Source of the DNA: a virus
Strand: one strand, 5' to 3'
IMG/VR virus record: IMGVR_UViG_3300023178_001963
Length of the DNA: 64,000 nt
Part shown: piece by piece, positions 58,262 to 64,000 of the stretch
Position numbering within the stretch: position 1 is the first letter of the stretch
How the letters are laid out: every line of letters begins with the position of its first letter
Position numbers and translations under genes: made by a program
Notes under the pieces: generated by a model
What the model saw: only the letters and a program-made list of their open reading frames with translations
Told to the model about the DNA's origin: nothing
Databases searched by the model: none

Positions 58262-59509
58262 ATGGCAGTGTTAAAGAAAAGAAAAAAAGCAGGTAAACCT
58301 AGACTACCAAAGTTTGCTGATGAAAAGTATACAGGTCCAGAACCAGACTGGACTAATGCGGATCGTATGTCTGCTCAACTGTATTACACTGAACGTAATA
58401 GAACTACATATTATTACAACTATTATTTTACTCCAAAAGAAGGTAAGCCTTGGGTTATTGATTGGATGAAAAATAATGGGTATTCTAAAGAACATATATC
58501 TGCTGTTAGAAATGTACCTGATGCATACATAGAAATGTCACTATGTTCTTATTGTAGAGCATTGACACGTGGCATGCCTGTAAATCATAAAGGTGTGAGC
58601 GACTATATCAAAACTCTTGCTGGTGTTAGTAGTAAGGCATTGGTGGATGCTGATGTCTATGTAAAAAATAAACTAGAAACTATTATTGAAATGGGGTTAG
58701 CAAAAAAAGAAGAGAAGAAGGAAGCTGAGGAACAAAAGAATGTTTTTCGTCCCAACATTCAACAGTTGCTACGTGAAAAAGCAGTTGAAATGGCAGAAGA
58801 GATTGACCAGTTTGTTGAAGACTTTGACTACAAACCAGCAACTCTTAAAAAGTTTGACCCTCTGAAACTTCTTCGTAAAGTAGAAGCCAAAGGAAATCAT
58901 GCCAAACACATCAAATCATTCTATCAGTCTGTGTTTGAAGAGTATGACGAACTACTCAATCCTCCTAAGCGTATGTCCGACGAAAAGAAAGAAGATTACG
59001 AACAACTTAAAGAAGGCTATAATCACTTAAAGAAAGCAGATATCAAAGCAGCACATCAAATGTACCAAAGCATTTTGGATGCTTGTGATATGCTAGTACA
59101 AGAAAGTAAAGTAAATCGTACACCACGCAAAAAGAAACCAGTCAGTAAAGAAAAAATAGTTGCTAAAGTAAAGTACTGTCAACAGGATGCAGCTACAAAA
59201 AGCGTTTCACAAAAACCAATCGAGGTGCTTGATGCTTCGGCAGTTATGGTATATAATGTAAAAACAAGAAAACTTGGAATATACTATCCCGCTGAATATC
59301 AAACTTTAAGTTTTAAAGGTACAACTTTGATTGGATTTGATGAAAAGAAAAGTGTACAAAAAACAATGCGCAAACCAGCAGAACAGGTTTCACATTTTAA
59401 AAAGTTAGGTAAACGCTCTATTCAAAAAGAGTTTGACACAGTTAAAAGTGTTGAAACAAAAATGAATGGACGCTTCAATGAGCAAACATTGATATTAAGG
59501 ATTTTATAG
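58262..59509 (+). CDS. Lys-rich hypothetical phage protein
   Basis: 415 aa, AAGGAG RBS; C-terminal KGTTLIGFD..KTMRKP..GRFN. Confidence 0.75.
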   Translation: MAVLKKRKKAGKPRLPKFADEKYTGPEPDWTNADRMSAQLYYTERNRTTYYYNYYFTPKEGKPWVIDWMKNNGYSKEHISAVRNVPDAYIEMSLCSYCRALTRGMPVNHKGVSDYIKTLAGVSSKALVDADVYVKNKLETIIEMGLAKKEEKKEAEEQKNVFRPNIQQLLREKAVEMAEEIDQFVEDFDYKPATLKKFDPLKLLRKVEAKGNHAKHIKSFYQSVFEEYDELLNPPKRMSDEKKEDYEQLKEGYNHLKKADIKAAHQMYQSILDACDMLVQESKVNRTPRKKKPVSKEKIVAKVKYCQQDAATKSVSQKPIEVLDASAVMVYNVKTRKLGIYYPAEYQTLSFKGTTLIGFDEKKSVQKTMRKPAEQVSHFKKLGKRSIQKEFDTVKSVETKMNGRFNEQTLILRIL

Positions 59510-59515
59510 TTTCTG

Positions 59516-59522
59516 ATAAATA
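59516..59522 (+). promoter_or_regulatory. Late promoter (ATAAATA)
   Basis: GATAAATAC upstream of gp13. Confidence 0.65.
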
Positions 59523-59542
59523 CTGTATATCGGAGACTACCA

Positions 59543-60289
59543 ATGGCAACAAATAAAGTAAGAAATGACGTAATCAAAGAAATCAGACTGTTACTAGGTG
59601 ACGGTATGATTGATATTGAACTTGATCCAGAACATTATGACGTAGCACTTGATGTTGCTATATCTAAAGTTCGTCAGCGTTCAGAAAACGCAACTGAAGA
59701 AGACTTCTATGCTATGGAATTCAAAGAAGACGTAGCAGAGTATACACTTCCTGATGAAATTATAGAAGTAAAACAGATTTGGCATCGTTCATTCGGACAT
59801 GGTATTTCTGGTGGTGTTGATATGGATCCATTTGAATTAGCATATGCTAACTCGTACTTCTTTCTAAATAATCATATTGGTGGTATCGCAACATATGATT
59901 TCTTTGCTCAATACCGTGAATCATTAAATCGTGTAGCAGCAACAGAAATAAACTTTATTTGGAATCCTGTAACAAAGAAACTAAAACTTCTACGTAAAAT
60001 GAGAGCAGACGAAACTGTTCTTATCCATGTACATTTAAATCGCAATGAAGATCAACTTATGCAGGACCCATATCTAAAGTCTTGGATTCGTGATTATTCA
60101 TTAGCATACTGTAAGCGTATGTTAGGTGAAGCACGTGGTAAGTTCTCAGCACTACCTGGCGCACAAGGTGGTGTAACACTTAACGGTGCTGAAATGAAAG
60201 CAGAAGCAGACGCAATGATTGAAAAGCTAGAATTTGATCTACAGAACTTCACAGACGGTTCTGCTCCATTAGGATTTATTATAGGATAA
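59543..60289 (+). CDS. gp13: Neck protein, gp13-like
   Basis: LLLGDGMIDIEL, WIRDYSLA..K..LG..RGKF..LPG..GGVTLNG. Confidence 0.85.
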   Translation: MATNKVRNDVIKEIRLLLGDGMIDIELDPEHYDVALDVAISKVRQRSENATEEDFYAMEFKEDVAEYTLPDEIIEVKQIWHRSFGHGISGGVDMDPFELAYANSYFFLNNHIGGIATYDFFAQYRESLNRVAATEINFIWNPVTKKLKLLRKMRADETVLIHVHLNRNEDQLMQDPYLKSWIRDYSLAYCKRMLGEARGKFSALPGAQGGVTLNGAEMKAEADAMIEKLEFDLQNFTDGSAPLGFIIG

Positions 60290-60612
60290 TGGAATTTGTA
60301 CTAAAAGTAATTGTTAGTGGATTTCTTGTAGCTACTGTTAGTATGGTTGCCCAACGTAGTGCTACAATGGCTGCTTTGCTTATGGGTATACCTTTTACAG
60401 CATTACTAGCAATGTTTTTTATGTGGCATTCTGGAGTAGATGCTGAAACATTCTCTAAATTTTCTTTTGAAACTGTATATTTTGTCTTGACATCCCTCAT
60501 ATTTTTTGTTATATTCGGATTGACGATAGGATACTTGGGTTTCTGGTATTCAATGATACTAGGAGCTGGTGTTACTATCTTTATGTATAACATACTATTG
60601 AGGATTTTATGA
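60289..60612 (+). CDS. Four-helix membrane protein (DUF3147/GlpM-like)
   Basis: LKVIVSG..A.VS..A..S..AALL..IP pattern, hydrophobic. Confidence 0.55.
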   Translation: MEFVLKVIVSGFLVATVSMVAQRSATMAALLMGIPFTALLAMFFMWHSGVDAETFSKFSFETVYFVLTSLIFFVIFGLTIGYLGFWYSMILGAGVTIFMYNILLRIL

Positions 60613-61223
60613 TAATTGGTATATGTGGACTAATAGGTTCTGGTAAAGGAACAGTAGCAGACATACTCGTAGACTATCACAACTTTCAAAAAATTAGTTT
60701 TGCTGATAAACTTAAAGACGGTGTAGCACAAGTCTTTGGTTGGGATCGTGCCTTGCTTGAAGGTGATACTGACCGTAGTAGATTGTGGCGTGAAAAAGTA
60801 GACGAATATTGGACTAAAGAAACTGGGCGTGAAATAACGCCTAGACTAGTTCTACAAGAGTTTGGTACTGACTGTATGCGTATGGGTTTCTACGACGGTA
60901 TATGGGTCAGTCTAGTCAAGAAGCATATGCTAGATAATCCTCACGTCAACTATGTAATACCCGATGTTCGCTTTCCTAATGAAATGAAAATGATACGAGA
61001 ACTTGAAGGAGAAGTTTGGCAAGTTCGTAGAGGAGAAAATCCTGAATGGTTCAGTTCAGCTATACTTGATAATACGACTGGATCAAAACTAATGTCAGGT
61101 TATGATGTACACGCCTCAGAATGGAAATGGGTTGATACAAATGATAAATTTGATAATATGTTGTACAATGACTCAACATTAGAAGCACTATATAGTCAAG
61201 TTGAACAAACATTGTCTATGTAG
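60609..61223 (+). CDS. gp1: Deoxynucleoside monophosphate kinase
   Basis: GLIGSGKGT, SFADKLKD, PRLVLQEFGT, DVRFPNE. Confidence 0.9.
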   Translation: MIIGICGLIGSGKGTVADILVDYHNFQKISFADKLKDGVAQVFGWDRALLEGDTDRSRLWREKVDEYWTKETGREITPRLVLQEFGTDCMRMGFYDGIWVSLVKKHMLDNPHVNYVIPDVRFPNEMKMIRELEGEVWQVRRGENPEWFSSAILDNTTGSKLMSGYDVHASEWKWVDTNDKFDNMLYNDSTLEALYSQVEQTLSM

Positions 61224-61257
61224 TTAATTCAAAACTGCTGTTTTTTCTGTTTTTTGC

Positions 61258-61264
61258 ATAAATA
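61258..61264 (+). promoter_or_regulatory. Late promoter (ATAAATA) for the tail sheath
   Basis: CATAAATAC upstream of AAGGAG RBS. Confidence 0.7.
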
Positions 61265-61307
61265 CTACTAATAAAAAGAAAATGTTTTTATAATAAGGAG
61301 AAACAGA

Positions 61308-63986
61308 ATGGCGACATTAGTATCCCCAGGCGTATCGGTAATTGTCACTGATGAATCACAGTATGTATCAGCGTCACAAGGTACCCTACCGCTAGTTGTA
61401 GTAGCAACAGCGTCAAATAAAACAGATGCCTCAGGATCAGCAATAGCACCAGGTACAAAACCTGAAAACGCAGGAGTTGCTTATCTTGTTTCTTCACAGC
61501 GTGAACTAGTTGAAACTTTCGGAGAACCGAAGTTTTATGAAGTAGGTGGTTCGGTTGTGCAAGGGGCAGAGACAAGTGAATATGGTCTTCTAGCAGCATA
61601 TCAATATCTAGGTGTTTCAAACAACGCTTATGTTATTCGTGCAGATATTGACTTATCACAATTAGAAGCATCTACAGAAGAGCCAGGTGGCGTCCTGGTT
61701 GACGGTACATACTGGCATGAGACAAGCGAAACAAAATTTGGTATGTTTGAATTTGATGGTAACGATTGGGTTGCTGTAACACCAGACGTTTTAGTTGACG
61801 CACCTGGCACAGGTCTAGTCGAATCTATGAACAGTTCAGGTTACGCAGCACCAGTTAACACGTATGGTTCAACAGGTGATTTCGCAGTAGTAACATCAAC
61901 CGCAAAAGTTACATATTGGAAAAAAGTAGGAACATCTTGGGTTCTACTAGGTGACACTGGCGCATCGAACTTCCAGTTCAGTACATTTGCTCCAGGATCA
62001 GCATCCGCAGGTGATGTATATGTAAGATTGGCAAAACAAGGTGGTGGTTTAGATGTTAAACTATCAACATATAATGCTGTAGCAGGTGCATTCCAAGTGG
62101 TACAAGTTCCAGTTTACACAACAGACGATGAAGCAAGTAATGCGTCATTGGATAAAGTTGGGGACGTTTACCTAAGAAGAAATGCTTCTCTGGGTGTTAT
62201 CGAACTACGTAGACACACAGGTGCTACAACAGTAGAATTAACAAGTGAAGTTGCTATCGCAGACACGACAAGCATCACATCAGTATTTTCTGTTAGTGGA
62301 CATTCTTTAGCAGCAACATTTAACTTTTCAACGGCTACATTAGATTCTGTAATCGTTTCAATGCAGTCAAACGCAGCATTGAACGCAGCTAACGTGAAAG
62401 TTGAAAAAGTTGGTACAAACAAAATCAGATTTACACGAACAGACGGCAAATCAATCAGTGTTAATTTCACATCTGGTGCGGCAGACTTAGGATTTACATC
62501 ATCTAATAGTCAATATGTATCAGCGTGGGAAGAACTATCATATGAGGCGGGCTCATCAGAACCAAAAGGTGAAGTAGCAGAAGGCACACTATGGTATAAT
62601 GCTGATTTAGCAATGGAAATCATGCGCTGTGAATATGATGGCGTTGAACAAAAATGGGTATCATACGCATGGTCAGAAGACACAGATGGTCTATATGCTA
62701 ATGAACTACAACTACGTTCAGCAAAACCAACATATCGTAAAAATGGCACATCATCATTAGTAGTTGGTGATATCTGGGTAGACTCAGATGCGATGCCATA
62801 CCCAACAATTCATCGTTGGAACGGTGCTGAGTGGATCAAACTAGATAACGCAGACCAATCATCAACAAACGGTGTAGTATTTGGTAACTATTCAAATACA
62901 GCTCCATATGATGAATTCGGTAACGCACTATCACGCACAGAACACGAAAATACACCAAACGCAGAACTACACCCAGAAAATATCTTAATGGTAAATATGG
63001 ACTATTCAACATATAACGTAAAACGTTATACAGATGGTGCTTGGGAATGGGTATCAGGTACAGAGTTGGACGGTGCCGGTAAGTTCGGTCCAAACGCACA
63101 ACGTCATATGGTTGTAGAAGCAATGCAGGGTGCACTAGCATCTAACGAAGGAATTCGTGCTGAAGCAGTATTCTTCAATCTAATCGCAGCTCCAGGTTAT
63201 CCTGAAATGATGGATGAAATGCTAGGACTAAACAAAGACAAAAAAGAAATCGCATTTGTCGTTGGTGATACACCACTAAGACTAGAAGGTACAACCACAG
63301 CAATCAAAGCATGGGCAGACGATAATACAGTTGCAGATGCTTATGCGGGTGTTTATTACCCACATGGTCTATCAACAGACTTATCAGGTAACGATGTTGT
63401 TATGCCAGCGTCATCAATTGCTCTACGCACAATCGCATTCTCAGACCAAGTATCATTCCCATGGTTTGCACCAGCGGGTCTGACACGTGGTGTTGTTTCA
63501 AACGCATCACAAGTTGGTTATGTAAATGACGAAGATGAATTTGTAAGAGTTAGACTAACAGAAGGTCAGCGTGATATTATGTATATGAACCGTATGAACC
63601 CAATCGCAGATATGCCTGGCACGGGCTTAGTAGTATTTGGTCAGAAAACAATGCAGTCATTTGCTTCAGCAATGGATCGTATCAACGTAGCAAGACTAGT
63701 AAACTACATGCGCTACAATCTGGATCAACTATCACGTGGTTTCTTATTCGAACAGAATGACAAAATCACACGTGACAACATCCGTGACGCAGTAGAGCGT
63801 TTCTGTGGTGGTCTAGTTTCAGAACGTGGTCTATATGACTTCTTGGTAGTTTGTGATGAATCAAACAACACACCAGCACGTATCGACAGAAACGAACTAT
63901 GGGTAGATATCGCAATTCAGCCAGTTAAATCAGTTGAATTTATCTACATCCCACTACGTATTCGTAACACAGGAGAAGAACTATAA
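61308..63986 (+). CDS. gp18: Tail sheath protein with large insertion domains
   Basis: LVSPGVSV, PWFAPAG..RG, FGQKT, DRINVARL, VCDESNNTP..IDRNEL..I.PVKSVEFIYI. Confidence 0.95.
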   Translation: MATLVSPGVSVIVTDESQYVSASQGTLPLVVVATASNKTDASGSAIAPGTKPENAGVAYLVSSQRELVETFGEPKFYEVGGSVVQGAETSEYGLLAAYQYLGVSNNAYVIRADIDLSQLEASTEEPGGVLVDGTYWHETSETKFGMFEFDGNDWVAVTPDVLVDAPGTGLVESMNSSGYAAPVNTYGSTGDFAVVTSTAKVTYWKKVGTSWVLLGDTGASNFQFSTFAPGSASAGDVYVRLAKQGGGLDVKLSTYNAVAGAFQVVQVPVYTTDDEASNASLDKVGDVYLRRNASLGVIELRRHTGATTVELTSEVAIADTTSITSVFSVSGHSLAATFNFSTATLDSVIVSMQSNAALNAANVKVEKVGTNKIRFTRTDGKSISVNFTSGAADLGFTSSNSQYVSAWEELSYEAGSSEPKGEVAEGTLWYNADLAMEIMRCEYDGVEQKWVSYAWSEDTDGLYANELQLRSAKPTYRKNGTSSLVVGDIWVDSDAMPYPTIHRWNGAEWIKLDNADQSSTNGVVFGNYSNTAPYDEFGNALSRTEHENTPNAELHPENILMVNMDYSTYNVKRYTDGAWEWVSGTELDGAGKFGPNAQRHMVVEAMQGALASNEGIRAEAVFFNLIAAPGYPEMMDEMLGLNKDKKEIAFVVGDTPLRLEGTTTAIKAWADDNTVADAYAGVYYPHGLSTDLSGNDVVMPASSIALRTIAFSDQVSFPWFAPAGLTRGVVSNASQVGYVNDEDEFVRVRLTEGQRDIMYMNRMNPIADMPGTGLVVFGQKTMQSFASAMDRINVARLVNYMRYNLDQLSRGFLFEQNDKITRDNIRDAVERFCGGLVSERGLYDFLVVCDESNNTPARIDRNELWVDIAIQPVKSVEFIYIPLRIRNTGEEL

Positions 63987-64000
63987 TTTAGTTCAAAGAC

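Noticed and set aside
1-64000. Alternative genetic code, integrase, transposase or prophage boundary
   Set aside because: Genes read full length in the standard code with all three stops used; no host genes or mobility enzymes seen.

Overview
AT-rich segment of a large T4-related myophage genome, most likely a jumbo phage; the organisation resembles the Rak2/GAP32/Atu_ph07-type group (inferred from gene content, no database search run). In order it holds: a sigma70-driven radical-SAM and glycosyltransferase cluster; a leftward baseplate/fibre block (3369-aa giant wedge protein, gp6, gp25, gp5-like spike, hub, gp53, tube initiator) interrupted by clpP; the late sigma factor gp55 and the gp47/gp46 recombination nuclease with an SDR gene between them; small early genes; a Holliday-junction resolvase; a gp26-like chaperone and tape measure; the head module gp20-21-22-23; a repeat-rich fibre with an S74 chaperone; neck/tail genes gp15, gp14, gp13, gp18; a NUDIX hydrolase, a PhyH-like dioxygenase and a dNMP kinase. 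The most notable features missing from the ORF track cluster at 38.3-41.4 kb: a ~400-500 nt highly structured minus-strand non-coding RNA candidate; a ~110-nt sRNA with its own promoter, terminator and an anti-Shine-Dalgarno loop; a SutA-like RNA-polymerase-binding peptide; sigma70 promoters carrying CcrM/GcrA-type CGAATCR sites (pointing to an alphaproteobacterial host); and a probable programmed -1 frameshift extending the gp26-like chaperone. All family assignments come from motif recognition by eye.
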